Source: Fibrobacteria bacterium
GTDB taxonomy: Bacteria; Fibrobacterota; Chitinivibrionia; Chitinivibrionales; FEN-1185
Direction: 5' to 3'
Assembly: GCA_037447435.1 (NCBI GenBank)
Contig: JBBIGR010000009.1
Span: forward strand, 1 to 64,000
Length of the DNA stretch: 64,000 bases
The position numbers were made by a program, and so were the translations under genes. The notes below the pieces were generated by a model that was not told where the DNA came from, ran no database searches, and saw only the letters and a program-made list of their open reading frames with translations. This document shows, in pieces, positions 38,543-49,426 of this stretch (position 1 is its first letter; every line of letters starts with the position of its first letter).

Positions 38543-39820
38543 TCAATTCATTATGATTTGTTTCGTGACCGTGTTTTGTTTGCCGGCGATTCTGACAAAG
38601 AAGATACTGCCGTTTGTATGGGCCGCAGACAGGGGAATCCGGATAGTGCCGGACACCACTCGTTCGCCTTTGAAAAGACATGTGCCCCGTACGTCAACAA
38701 TGCGGACATCGTATTCATCGGAGCTTGGGGCTCGAAACGATACGACCATGCAGTTACCGGCGTGCCCGGCCCAAACAACCTGCGGCATTGCATCCCGGGA
38801 AAACGCCCGGTCCCGCAACACCGAAGTGCTGTTTTGCGAAATGACAATGTCTCCCGCATCCGGCACCGCGTCAAACTGGATTGCCTGCGCAACAATGGAA
38901 CATGGAATTTTCTTGCCGTTTTGCGTTGCAAATGCCGCAGTCCATCCGTTGGGCACGTTCCGTTTCAAGGTGACGGGCACGTTGTAAACCGCATTCGGCA
39001 AATTGTCGGAAATCTGCACGCGAATGCCTGCGCCGTCGTTCGCGACTTCCCGTACCGATATCGAGTCCCGTTCCTTGCCGTATCTGAAAACGGTTCCGAA
39101 CGTTGAAACCCACACCGTAGTGGAAAGCGAATCCAGGTGCTTGATATGGGCCCTTAAAACCGAAGACTGAACAGGCGAGTAACCGCCGTCGTTGTCTATG
39201 CCGTGAAACAGCAACACGCCCCATCCTTTTTTAGCAAGTGCCTGATTGGCCACGTCGTTGAGCGATTGTACCGTCGTATAGGTTCCCGAATTGCCGCCGA
39301 CGATGCAACTTATGTTCATGGCATTGGCCGGTGTCGCAGTCTCCACAATCCCCGAGCACCCCCGTGCGGCAACATAATATTTGGCCGTCAGGGACTCGGT
39401 CGCTTCAATGCAATTCGGATACGCCATGGTGATGCATTGCAGATTGGGAATGTTCGCGTTAATTGCGGTTTGGGAATTTTTAAGCTCCGACTCCTGGTTG
39501 GCCGCGCTGAGCGTGTTTAATATCGTATGCGTGACCGTATGGCTGGCGATTTCATGCCCTTGCAACGCGGCCGCCTTTAACCCTTGCCAATCCGTGACCC
39601 AGCCCGACACGGTAAATAAAGTCAATTTCATTTTGTATTCATCGAACAACGGCACCGCAAGGGCCAGCTGGTTCGAGCAATTATCGTCAAAGGTATAAGA
39701 AACGGCAGCGGTCCTAAATCCCCACCAGGTCGCGATTTGATACGACGGGTCTACGATGCGGGAAAAAATAGTGCTTGTCAATAACGACAAGGCCAAAAGG
39801 CTCCGGATTTTGAAATTCAT
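38543..39820 (-). CDS. Secreted polysaccharide deacetylase (NodB/CE4 fold) with C-terminal sorting-like domain
   Basis: SYTFDD, GHEIASHTVTH, AYPNC, LFHG; C-terminal DVRG...IF FVRI. Confidence 0.85.
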   Translation of the reverse strand: MNFKIRSLLALSLLTSTIFSRIVDPSYQIATWWGFRTAAVSYTFDDNCSNQLALAVPLFDEYKMKLTLFTVSGWVTDWQGLKAAALQGHEIASHTVTHTILNTLSAANQESELKNSQTAINANIPNLQCITMAYPNCIEATESLTAKYYVAARGCSGIVETATPANAMNISCIVGGNSGTYTTVQSLNDVANQALAKKGWGVLLFHGIDNDGGYSPVQSSVLRAHIKHLDSLSTTVWVSTFGTVFRYGKERDSISVREVANDGAGIRVQISDNLPNAVYNVPVTLKRNVPNGWTAAFATQNGKKIPCSIVAQAIQFDAVPDAGDIVISQNSTSVLRDRAFSRDAMPQVVWAGHAGNCMVVSFRAPSSDEYDVRIVDVRGTCLFKGERVVSGTIRIPLSAAHTNGSIFFVRIAGKQNTVTKQIIMN

Positions 39821-39955
39821 AGGTTTTTTTCCGGTACTGTGGCAGTATGAATCTTATATGCCGTTTACGAACCAATACTTCAAATATAGCAGTAAACGGG
39901 AAACTATGGCGGAACTAAGTTTCTTAAATCCCCGGCAAGGGGAAGAAACGGATGG

Positions 39956-42790
39956 CTATGGAAACAGAAAGGTGTGTATCAAAGAGTCAAGCCGCGAGCT
40001 CATTTTTATCGCCCCGTTCGGACATAAATGGTTCCAATTCAATGCCTCCGAATCCGCATAGTCGTGATTGCCGTTTTTATAGGCATCGTAAAAATGATAA
40101 TATGGATTTCCGGTTTCGTACGATGCGAATTTTTGCATTATCGCTTTCCCGGTTTCCCAAGGCAACCCGCTGTAGCTGTATTTGTCCGTGTTTTTATACG
40201 CAGGGCTTTCGGGAAAATTAATGACAAGAAAATGAATGTGTTGGGCCGATAAATCATTGATAAATGATTGCAGTGTGTCGAAGTTTTGGGCAACCTGCGG
40301 CGTGGCCAATGTCCATGTTTGGTTATTTGCCAAATTGGGATCGCCCCCCCAGTTTTGACAGGGGACCATCGCCTGGCCGCAAACTTCCTGCGGTGCGTAA
40401 TAATGCGATGCCTGGGTAATTAATCCGTCAAATTGGGCCGGTTTACCGAATTTCCAGAAATTATGATGCAGGTCGTATTGATACCCTTTGCTGCGAACAA
40501 TGCCCGCATTCCACGAAACGTCTGCGCCGTCCGAACAGAGCCAATACGGTGTGACGCTAAAAGCTATCAACCGTATTTGAGGGCAATGGGGAAGTATATA
40601 TTGATGGGTAAGAGACCACAGACCGCGCATTCCCCCGGCGGCATATCCCATATTTACCGCCTTAAAACCGGTAAATCTGCTGCAGTCGATGGCATTTGCC
40701 ATTTGAGAACTGCCCAGGAAAAAAAGCTGTGCGTCATGATAGTTTTTCCAGAATATCTCCATTTTCATCGCGGTTTCATTCTGGAACTGGTATTCATGGG
40801 GATCGTCGTATAAACCGAGGCTGTCGGCGTCGAGCCCTCCCGCGGACGGCGGGATGTTTCCTATCCATAAATAAGGATGTTCGAGCGATACCCCGGCAAC
40901 GATTTTTCGATAGGTGTTTTTGCTAAAATCAATGTAATAGATCGAGCGGCTTTCGTCCGATGAGTTCCGCGCCACGCTCACGGCGAATTGCTCGTACGGC
41001 GACCATTTGGGAAAGTCCCAGGAGCTTTCATTGTCGGGGCATTTGAGCCATGAAATCACCTTGCCCGAAAAATCGGCTATAAAAAGATACTGATGCACAC
41101 CGTACGGTCCGCCGACAAGCGTACTCGAACTGCTGCCGAAATCGAGAAACAGGCAACGATCGGGATGCGCGCTGTCAGGGCTAACCGACACGTTGCAGAC
41201 CTGGGTCGAGCCCGAGGCGGGCTTCCCGTTGAGCGGAAAGACGAACAGCTGTTTTTGCTCCTGGGAAATCAGGTCCTTCATGTAAAGCTTCGTGTAACCG
41301 CTTGCGATATAACGGCCGTCAAGGGAAACGCCGTCGTGGAAAGAGCCGTTTTGCACAATGATTTCAGGGCTTCCGGCCGGTTTTCCGGCGGTCATTTTTT
41401 GCAAAAATGTCTTCGTGCCGTTCCATTCTGCCAAACCGTTGTCGATTGCCGAATTTGTAAACACGATGAACGTGTCTTTACTCGACGGGTTTACCCACCA
41501 GCGAGGCATATAGGCGAAGTCGGAAGCGATTTTTACCAACGTCGTGTGAATGGAATCCAGGCTCCGGATATAAATGGCCGACGAATCGCCGAAACCCATA
41601 TTCTGGGTACAGAAGGCGGCATTTTTCCCGTCGGGCGATATTGTCGGGAAATAAACGTTCGTCATGTCCTGGAATTCGCGTATTTGCGGATGGGCTTCGC
41701 TGTAGTCGATAAAACACAATGTCCTGCGATTGAGCGTGACGTTGACATAGACGAGTTTTGCCGATGAGGTGCAAAGAAACGGTCGCATGTCGCTTACGGT
41801 CATATCGGCGGGATTGGAAGAAACCTTTGCGGTATCCGATGAAACGAACAACGGCGCGGGAATAATACCGCGCGCGCATCTGAAACCCACGTATTCACAG
41901 GCCGAAGAGGCCGACGTTGAATAGGTTGCCGAGCGGCATTCCGGGCGAAGGTTAAAAATGTCATGTTCGAACGAACCGCCTTTTATGACCCTTTCGAATC
42001 CCTGATTGTGTTCCTGGCTGCCAATGGGATTGCTTATGGGTATAGCCGTATGTTGCGCTTTCCAGTCTCCTGTCCATTCAAAGACATTGCCGGCCATATC
42101 GTAAAGATCTAAAGTGTTTGGTGTTTTGGTGGCAACGGGATGAGCGGTCCGGCCGGAATTTCTCACATACTAGGCGTCGCCCGAAGCTTGGAGCGAATCG
42201 CTGAAACTTTTGAATAATTTTTCCGAACTTTCTTCACGAGCTGCAAATTCCCATTCCGCTTCCGTCGGCAACCGAATGCCGTTTCGTTCATAATGAATGT
42301 GGAGCCCCACCAAATCCGTGACATTGCCCGCCGAGTTTTTTGCCATGGAATAAAAAGTATAGACGGTGTCGAGACCTTGACGTCTGCTTTTTGCATTGCA
42401 AAAAAGTGCCGCGTCAAACCAGGTCACGTTATACACCGGAAAATCAGGGCCTTTTCCATAACTGCTCGTATCCGCGACCGGATTGGTTCCCGTCGTTTTC
42501 TGGTATTGTTCCTGTGTCACTTCTGTCGAGTCAATCCAATAGTCGTACGAAAAAGTCACGGGCATCAAAGGCTTTTCATCGGAATTGGCCGCGGAATCGT
42601 TGCTTCCCATAAGAAAAGACTTTCCCGAAGCCGATATTTTTTTCATGCCGGCATAATCAGGCTCGCTTGTTTGCGGCGCGCGATCGGAGTGGACGCAGGA
42701 AAGAAAGGAAATCGAAGCTGCCAGCAGCAACCGGGCTAAATGGTTTAATCGTATGATAGGAAAAGTCCTTGTTCCGATTTTACAATGCAT
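39956..42790 (-). pseudogene. TIGR02171-type Fibrobacter lipoprotein with FGE-sulfatase-like domain, interrupted by an in-frame TAG at 42170-42172
   Basis: Lipobox FLSC; TEVTQ, VTWFDA.LFCN, RLPTEAEWEFAAR, then A*YVRNS, then same frame PN..LYDMAGNVFEW, VGFRCAR, QVCNVS, HQYLFI. Confidence 0.75.
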
Positions 42791-42829
42791 GCTCAAATGG
42801 CTGAATAGGAAAATATAAAATATGTTATG

Positions 42830-42865
42830 AAACTAAAACGGGCGCTTTATCGCCCGTTTTAGTTT
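42830..42865 (-). terminator. Intrinsic terminator
   Basis: AAACTAAAACGGGCG / CGCCCGTTTTAGTTT perfect inverted repeat after the DUF362 gene. Confidence 0.75.
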
Positions 42866-42880
42866 CGATGCGGAAAAGTA

Positions 42881-44617
42881 CTAGTTGGCAAAAGATATTT
42901 CTTTTTGCGTCTGCATACCGTTCAATTTGAGCTTGACGATGTAGCTGCCGCCCGATATCCGGAGATTGGATATCGGTACCGCGTTTTCACCGGCAACGCC
43001 CTCGCCTTTAGCAATATCCGCGATTTTGCTCCCGTTCATCGAAAATACCGACAGGAGATACTTGCCGCTTTGCGCAAGCCATATATGCGCAACGCTGCGG
43101 GTAACGTCGCCGATGAATAGCTGTGCCGATTTTTCATTGCCCAAAACTGGCGAAACGGTTTGGGTTATTGTATTGGTATTGACATAGACCAGTTCTATGC
43201 CTTTCCCATTGACCGGATCCAAATTGCGGGAATACTGACGCGCCGTGTTACTGTTCCAATGTTCCTGTACGCCAGCGCTCGGGGTTGCATTTGCGGCGTT
43301 GATAATGTATTGCTCGCCCGAAGTTCCGGTGCTGCTGTGCATGGCAAAAAAGTCCATGGAAACTGATTCTTCGGCAACACCGTCAAGCGACAAAATGAAG
43401 CTCGACATCGGTTTGCCGTTGAACGGTGCTTCGCTGAAATTAGCCCACGGCGCTCCGTCAAGTTGCGGACTCGGGTACATCGCATCCATTGCCCATAAAA
43501 CGACTTTGCCGCCGAAATGTGCATTTGTCATATAATTGGTCAAAGCATTGTCCGCGGGATGTCTGTTTCCATTGTCCGACCATACCGGTTTGATGCCGTT
43601 GGTCCCGTAAAAATTTTTTGCTCCGAAGGTGACGGTTCCGGTGTGGCCTTTCAGCAAAGGCTGGTCCACGATATACCGAGCATTATAAAATGTTGCGATT
43701 TGACCGGTAACGACATCATTATTAGGAAATACGTTTGCCACAGTCGGTGAAGTTATACGTCCGTTATTGCCGAAATAATCAATGACCCGGACTTTCGGGA
43801 ATGTTGTGTGGATAGCGTTGAAAATACTGTCCGTCACCGCGCGGCTTGGGTCGCCGATGGTTATTTCACCTTCAGGAACGCCGGCCTTGATAAGACTTGT
43901 AAGAATCGCAACACATGTCTGGGGGTTCGCGTTCATGACATTGCCGGGGCTTGCTGCAGGAGCTGCCGAATTGTTTTGATTGATTTTAATGGCAACGCTG
44001 TCTCCCTTTTGATATCCTGTTCCTGCGCGGCCATGATTGTCGTTGAAATATTTGAAAATTTTGTCCCAAGACGTCGAATCGCTGGTGCCGCCGGATAGAT
44101 TTTCAATACCGGCTGTAAAGGCTTTATTGTATTCTGCCTGAGGATTGTACTTACCTTCCCAATAATTTCCCGAACCTCGCCACATTGCCGCATTGGGATT
44201 ATATACCCAGGTAACGCGGCCGGGATAAATGCCTTTGGCCGTGCCTATCGGCGCATTTGCCGCAACAGCGGGATGAACATGGTTTGCAATAAAAACAAAA
44301 AGTGAAATGCCGCTTAAAAGAAAGAACAATAGTCCGTAGAAAACTTTGGAATTTTTAATAAGCGATCTGGCTTTTCGAAATGCAAAAACAGAGCCTGTCA
44401 GCGAGGCCAAATAGATAAAAAAGCCTGTCATTACAGATAACGAGGCCTTTTGGCAAGGATACGTAATACGGGACGGTTTGGGTATAACGCGAACTAAAAA
44501 CCAAATAGTTGCCGCAATGCCCGAGAACAAAAACGCCCATTTTGGCCAGGCATCCTTGTTTATGCCTTTAATTTTGCCTGTTTTAGGGCAACGGGAAAAT
44601 AAATTTGAAAAAAACAC
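42881..44617 (-). CDS. DUF362-like protein with N-terminal membrane segments and C-terminal sorting-like domain
   Basis: WFLVRVIPKPSRITYPCQ, PIG.AKGIYPGRVTWV, AIKIN.NN, P.LKGH..VTFGAKN.YG, GVQEHWN; C-terminal FSMNG...GSYIVKL. Confidence 0.75.
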   Translation of the reverse strand: MFFSNLFSRCPKTGKIKGINKDAWPKWAFLFSGIAATIWFLVRVIPKPSRITYPCQKASLSVMTGFFIYLASLTGSVFAFRKARSLIKNSKVFYGLLFFLLSGISLFVFIANHVHPAVAANAPIGTAKGIYPGRVTWVYNPNAAMWRGSGNYWEGKYNPQAEYNKAFTAGIENLSGGTSDSTSWDKIFKYFNDNHGRAGTGYQKGDSVAIKINQNNSAAPAASPGNVMNANPQTCVAILTSLIKAGVPEGEITIGDPSRAVTDSIFNAIHTTFPKVRVIDYFGNNGRITSPTVANVFPNNDVVTGQIATFYNARYIVDQPLLKGHTGTVTFGAKNFYGTNGIKPVWSDNGNRHPADNALTNYMTNAHFGGKVVLWAMDAMYPSPQLDGAPWANFSEAPFNGKPMSSFILSLDGVAEESVSMDFFAMHSSTGTSGEQYIINAANATPSAGVQEHWNSNTARQYSRNLDPVNGKGIELVYVNTNTITQTVSPVLGNEKSAQLFIGDVTRSVAHIWLAQSGKYLLSVFSMNGSKIADIAKGEGVAGENAVPISNLRISGGSYIVKLKLNGMQTQKEISFAN

Positions 44618-44892
44618 GGAAACCCCCCATGGAAAAATTTAACGTTAAATCACCCAAAAATTCTTCATAACCTTCTTGCAGGTTACACCGTTAAAAAGAT
44701 GATAATGCTTCAACACCGGCCTTATAACCTCTAGACCTCACCCCTTAAATTTGTAACAAAATACCCCTTGCCCTCATGGGCGTATAACTAATAGTACGAA
44801 ATAATGTTGTCGGAATTTGATTGTTTAATAAGTCCTGTTGATACAACTTTTAATACTGTTCCGGTTTTAATAAAGTTCTAAAGTTCAACCAT

Positions 44893-44921
44893 AAAAAAAG
44901 CCCCCAAAAAAGGGGGCTTTT
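44893..44921 (-). terminator. Intrinsic terminator
   Basis: GCCCCC/GGGGGC stem followed by a T-run on the minus strand. Confidence 0.75.
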
Positions 44922-44947
44922 CCGTCAATCTACTTCAAGAAAAGTAT

Positions 44948-47344
44948 CTATCGTAAAATCGCAAAATACCGCATTCCCACGATTCCGCCCGCACATGATT
45001 CCGACGCATGGAAATTGACAGCCGAATACCTGCTGCCGATAAGCGGCGCAGATGCCGCCGCGCTGCATACGGAAAAGCTGCGCAAAACGTGTGCGGCAAC
45101 AATTCCCGTACCGCTGAGCGCGATAGGAATGGTCGGATTGTTCGACGCATTGCTCGTTATTGTCAATGTGCCGGTTTCCAACTTTTGTGTCGTGGGTCCG
45201 AATTGGACTTGTATCGAAACCGAAGAATTGCCCGGAACAATTAGAGGCAATGCGGCAAGAGACCGGAAGCGCGCATTGCTGCTGGTAATGGCCGAAACCG
45301 TTGTCGCGGAAGCGCATTCGTTTATAAGAATCAACGGGCTGGTGGCCAGGCTGCCGACGCCGACGTTGCCGAAAGCCAAATTCGTTTTGTCGGTTGTCAG
45401 GCACAAGGGCGTCCGTACGGTCACGGTCTGGACGGTTTTCGACGAATCGCCCCAATTGTCAACAACCGTCAGAGTCACCGGTATCGGGAGTCCGCCGGGG
45501 TTCGAGGTATACGTATGCGAAACCGGCGCCGATGTTTGGGCACTCGTCGTGCCGTCGCCGAAATCCCATTTGTAGCCGACGATGCTGCCGTCGGGATCAT
45601 AACTTGCCCCGGCATTGCACGTGACCCTTAAAGGAATCGGGCCCGAAGACGGCGTCACGCTGAAGCTCGCGACAGGGGTCTGGTTTGTATTGGTAAAGGT
45701 GTATTGCACGTTGAATGTTGCGCCGCCGTTGTCCAGGGTTCTGGGCAGCGCGTCGGTCGTCGCGTATCCGGCACCGCCGTGCATATAATCGAAAATCGAA
45801 TATGCCTTGACAATAGTGGGTGTGCCGACGTATCCGTCCTGTACGGTCAATTGATATTTGCATGCGCGCGACGGCGACGGCGCCGCATCGCTCAAGTCGA
45901 CAAAAAATGTCGCGTCGACGGGCGTGGCCGAGGTCGTTCCGTTGAACGCGTAGGCGCCGCCGCTGAACCCGAATGAATTGGGCACAACGGTGCTTACCGA
46001 GTTGTCGACTGCCGCGACATTGAACGTGAGCATGAACTGATTGCGAAGCGATTGGTTAAGAGTGTATTTCGCCACAACGCGCGGCTTGTAATAATCGCGC
46101 ACCGTTATCCAATACGGACCGGCATAAAAAAACCTGTGCCGGCTGCCGCTGCCGACCGGGCCGCCCGCGACATGGGTCTTTTCCCATAACGCATCGTATG
46201 AAAGCCAGACAAATCCCGAGTTGCCCCAGTCGGCCCCCCACGAGTTTGCAAGCTTGAATGCGCCTTTTTCACCCGCGTCAACAACGCCGTTCTGATTCAA
46301 ATCGATCCAAATGTCGTCATTGTACCCGACAATAGTCATGGAATGGCCGCCCGAATACCCGTCGCAATAGGCGATTGCTTGTTGGTTTGCAAACGAGTCG
46401 TCGACCGCGGTCGACGGATCGTTGCCGACGGTTGCAAATACGAAGCTGTACGCGTACAGTCCTCCGGTGAATACGTGACCGTTCAAGAGCATCGTCTTGA
46501 GTATGGTTACCCCGGTTGCGTTCGTATCGTACCCGTATAATTCGCCGTAATCGGCTATCCTGTTGCCGATCGCGGACAACCAGGTGTCGGGATTTTGGCA
46601 CCATTCGAGGTAATTGGTTGCCGGCGTGCTTGATTCCTGGTAGGGGAATTGGTCCCAGGTCGGCGCTCCATGCGCCTTTATCAAGTTGTAATTGTCGTAC
46701 CAACTCGATCCGTAATCGCCGCCGCCGTTTACCATATTGTACAAAAACTTCGGCGAAAATTTCGTGGTATTGTCGGTGTTTTTATTGTTCCAACCCCTGC
46801 GGAGGCCTGTTTCGTGTGTCAACTGGCTGTAGGCGATTGAAAACGACACGCAGGAACCGATGGAGCCTTGCGTGCGGATCTCGGGAAACGAGGGCAACAG
46901 GCTGTTGTCCGCAGACGACGGCAGCGTCACGCCGCCCAAAGCATCCCCTGCGGAAAGAACTTCTTCGGCGCTGCCGGCGGCGTTTCCCGTCGGCACGAGC
47001 GAATCGGTCGCCGCGCCCCCTTTTGTTCCTTCAATTTCATTTGCATTGCTTCGGACCCGCTCCCGCGCATCCTGTATCATTTTCAGCGTAATGGTTTTTT
47101 TTCCGTGTTTCGCCCGCCATGCGTTTATGGCGTCCAAATTTTCGGCGATTCGGTCGATACCGAGATCGTTCAGTTTCACATTTGTCACTTGCGTCAGATT
47201 CTTACGCATCCGGTCGCGTTCCTCGGGGGTCGGCATTTTTGCGCCGGTCGTGCCGCGGACCGGCTCGGTCCAGAATCCCAGACCTGCCGTTGCCGCCGTC
47301 GCATAGAGCAGCAGGGGCAAGAGAAATATATATACCTTAGACAT
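44948..47344 (-). CDS. Secreted C1A-like cysteine peptidase with PKD and choice-of-anchor D/Ig domain
   Basis: QGSIGSC, GGHSMTIVGYND, ANSWG catalytic motifs; PKD SYDPDGSIVGYKWDFGDG; LAFGNV...ITSNA.N.P.IALSGTG. Confidence 0.85.
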   Translation of the reverse strand: MSKVYIFLLPLLLYATAATAGLGFWTEPVRGTTGAKMPTPEERDRMRKNLTQVTNVKLNDLGIDRIAENLDAINAWRAKHGKKTITLKMIQDARERVRSNANEIEGTKGGAATDSLVPTGNAAGSAEEVLSAGDALGGVTLPSSADNSLLPSFPEIRTQGSIGSCVSFSIAYSQLTHETGLRRGWNNKNTDNTTKFSPKFLYNMVNGGGDYGSSWYDNYNLIKAHGAPTWDQFPYQESSTPATNYLEWCQNPDTWLSAIGNRIADYGELYGYDTNATGVTILKTMLLNGHVFTGGLYAYSFVFATVGNDPSTAVDDSFANQQAIAYCDGYSGGHSMTIVGYNDDIWIDLNQNGVVDAGEKGAFKLANSWGADWGNSGFVWLSYDALWEKTHVAGGPVGSGSRHRFFYAGPYWITVRDYYKPRVVAKYTLNQSLRNQFMLTFNVAAVDNSVSTVVPNSFGFSGGAYAFNGTTSATPVDATFFVDLSDAAPSPSRACKYQLTVQDGYVGTPTIVKAYSIFDYMHGGAGYATTDALPRTLDNGGATFNVQYTFTNTNQTPVASFSVTPSSGPIPLRVTCNAGASYDPDGSIVGYKWDFGDGTTSAQTSAPVSHTYTSNPGGLPIPVTLTVVDNWGDSSKTVQTVTVRTPLCLTTDKTNLAFGNVGVGSLATSPLILINECASATTVSAITSSNARFRSLAALPLIVPGNSSVSIQVQFGPTTQKLETGTLTITSNASNNPTIPIALSGTGIVAAHVLRSFSVCSAAASAPLIGSRYSAVNFHASESCAGGIVGMRYFAILR

Positions 47345-47376
47345 TTTGTACTCCTTGGTCAATTTTAGGGGGCCCA

Positions 47377-48801
47377 TTAATTAAGTTTTGTCCAACCGGT
47401 CTGCGTTTTCACCCATGTCGTGTTCGGCGACGCGGTCGTATTGACATAATAGGTTCCTATTGCGGCTGTCGGGCTTGTCGCCGTCGGGTCGACCGTACCG
47501 GTGAGAACCCGGGACGCGGAAAGACCGTATGCGGATGCGGTAAGCGGCGTTCGCGGTTGCAATACGTCAAATGAACCGTCGTTTACCGTGAGCTGCGCCC
47601 AAAGATTGGCATTGGCATTGACCACATCGACAAGTTTACCGGTTGTCGTGCCTTCGCCGAGACGAACGGTGAAGTTTCCGTTATTCACGGTAATGGCCGA
47701 AAAGCTTTCGGAATACAGCAGCGATCCCGCCGTGGCGTCGTTATACAAATCGACGATCATGGCGACATTGACCGGCGTGGGGGAGCCGATCGCAACTCCC
47801 GACGATGAGTAAAGCTGGCCGTTAAACGACAACTTGTTGCTATTGGAAGATGTCGGGGTCGGACCAGTCTTGAATGTTGCGCTTATGGTATGGTTTGCGG
47901 TCACGGAATTGAACGTATAGGAACCGATGCTTCCCTGGCCGGTCCCGTCCACGGTGACAACGTCAACGACGTAGCCGGTATTCGGCGAAACGATAAATGT
48001 TTGGTTCGCGCCATAGGCTACCGAAACGGAACCGCTCGGGCTTATCGAGCCGTTTGCCCCTGCAGTTGCCGTAATGGAAAATGTCCCGACGCTAAAATTC
48101 GCCGTAATTGCTTTGTTGGAATTCATGGTCACGGTCGCCGGGTTTGTCGTACCGGTCAAATCGCCGCTGAAGTTTGCAAACGTATACCCCGTATTCGGCG
48201 TGGCCGTCACGGTTACGGACGTTCCCGATGCATACGAACCGCCTGCAGGATTTAACGTGATCGAGCCGCCCGCAGCAGGCACGGCCGATGCCGTCAAAGT
48301 GTAATTCGCAGGCGTCGAGCCGTACACTTCGAATTCGTACAAAGAATATCCGTACGCCGTTGTGCGTGCGGTACCGTTCATACGGATATATCGACCGGTC
48401 CCGGCAAGGCCCGAAAAATCATCGGTTCGCGCGCCTGCGGCCATATTTGTTTTTGTCAATATGGTCGTCCAGGAGTTGCCGTCGGCCGAAACGTCGACGG
48501 TATAGTTTTTTGCCGATGCGGCTTCCCAGCGCAAAACGACGCGGTTGACGACAGTGCTTGTTCCCAAATCGATACGGATCCATTGCGGATCGGAAAATGC
48601 GCTGCTCCACCGGGTTGTCGTATTTCCGTCAACAGCAAGATTGGCGGTTAAAAGCGATGTTTCCACGCTCGACGCGGTGGCCGGTTTGTTTAAAGCCAAA
48701 TTTTGTCCGAACGACGCTGTGGCAAGAATGACTAAGCCTAAAAGAAGTGCGGTGCCCGATTTAATGAAAGATACGGATTTTGGACATTGATGGTAGTTCA
48801 C
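47377..48801 (-). CDS. Secreted F5/8 type C (CBM32/discoidin) protein with InlB-like repeats and a fibre-anchor-like C-terminal domain
   Basis: NLALNKPATASS, AVDGN..TRWSS..SDPQWI.IDLG, YGYSLYEFEVYG; TATPNTGY repeats; SFNGQL...NGNFTVRLG...PRTPLTASAY; RBS AAAGGGGG before GTG. Confidence 0.78.
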   Translation of the reverse strand: MNYHQCPKSVSFIKSGTALLLGLVILATASFGQNLALNKPATASSVETSLLTANLAVDGNTTTRWSSAFSDPQWIRIDLGTSTVVNRVVLRWEAASAKNYTVDVSADGNSWTTILTKTNMAAGARTDDFSGLAGTGRYIRMNGTARTTAYGYSLYEFEVYGSTPANYTLTASAVPAAGGSITLNPAGGSYASGTSVTVTATPNTGYTFANFSGDLTGTTNPATVTMNSNKAITANFSVGTFSITATAGANGSISPSGSVSVAYGANQTFIVSPNTGYVVDVVTVDGTGQGSIGSYTFNSVTANHTISATFKTGPTPTSSNSNKLSFNGQLYSSSGVAIGSPTPVNVAMIVDLYNDATAGSLLYSESFSAITVNNGNFTVRLGEGTTTGKLVDVVNANANLWAQLTVNDGSFDVLQPRTPLTASAYGLSASRVLTGTVDPTATSPTAAIGTYYVNTTASPNTTWVKTQTGWTKLN

Positions 48802-49426
48802 AACAACCCCCTTTGAATTAAATGTGAGTGTATTAAACAAATGCAAACATGGTTTTCTATTTAACATTGTTAAATTCAAAAAAGTATGACAATACCCATG
48901 ATTGGATTGAACCAATTTGGGCTGTGATGGAATGAGAAAATTATTTCCGCTTTTGCGGCAAAGATGGTGATCGCGTTTTGGAAAACAAAATATAGATATT
49001 AGTATTTAAAAGTCCAAATAAAAAAAGGACTTGGGTAGACTTTATTATTAAAAAATAATTTGCAAAGAAAATTTGTTTTGTACTACAAAAATCGCTAATT
49101 TGTCCAAACATTTTGCTAAAATTGCTTATATTATAGATAATAGCGGCACATTTGTTTTAGAAAAAATATGAAATTTAATATTTTATTGAAATATTAAGAT
49201 TTTATAGTTGGTATTTATTGTCATCTGAAATAGCGAAAAATAGAAAATTTCAGGTGTTTTCCAGTAAAAAAGAGCATCAATCCGTTTTATAGGGAGATTG
49301 ATGCGGATGAGCGAATGGTTTTGTGACCTTATTTAATGGGTTAACTTAATGACGGAATTACTGCTCTTTTAATCGTTTTAAAAAAGAAGGTTTTTTTAAT
49401 AATTTAACAAAATATTGGGGGCAAGA

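Noticed and set aside
42170..42172. Pyrrolysine or amber recoding
   Set aside because: The position is a conserved Trp one base from TAG, TAG terminates other genes here, and no pyl genes are visible.
39956..42790. DGR target (FGE-sulfatase/CLec fold)
   Set aside because: No reverse transcriptase or template/variable repeat pair seen, and the domain is N-terminal.
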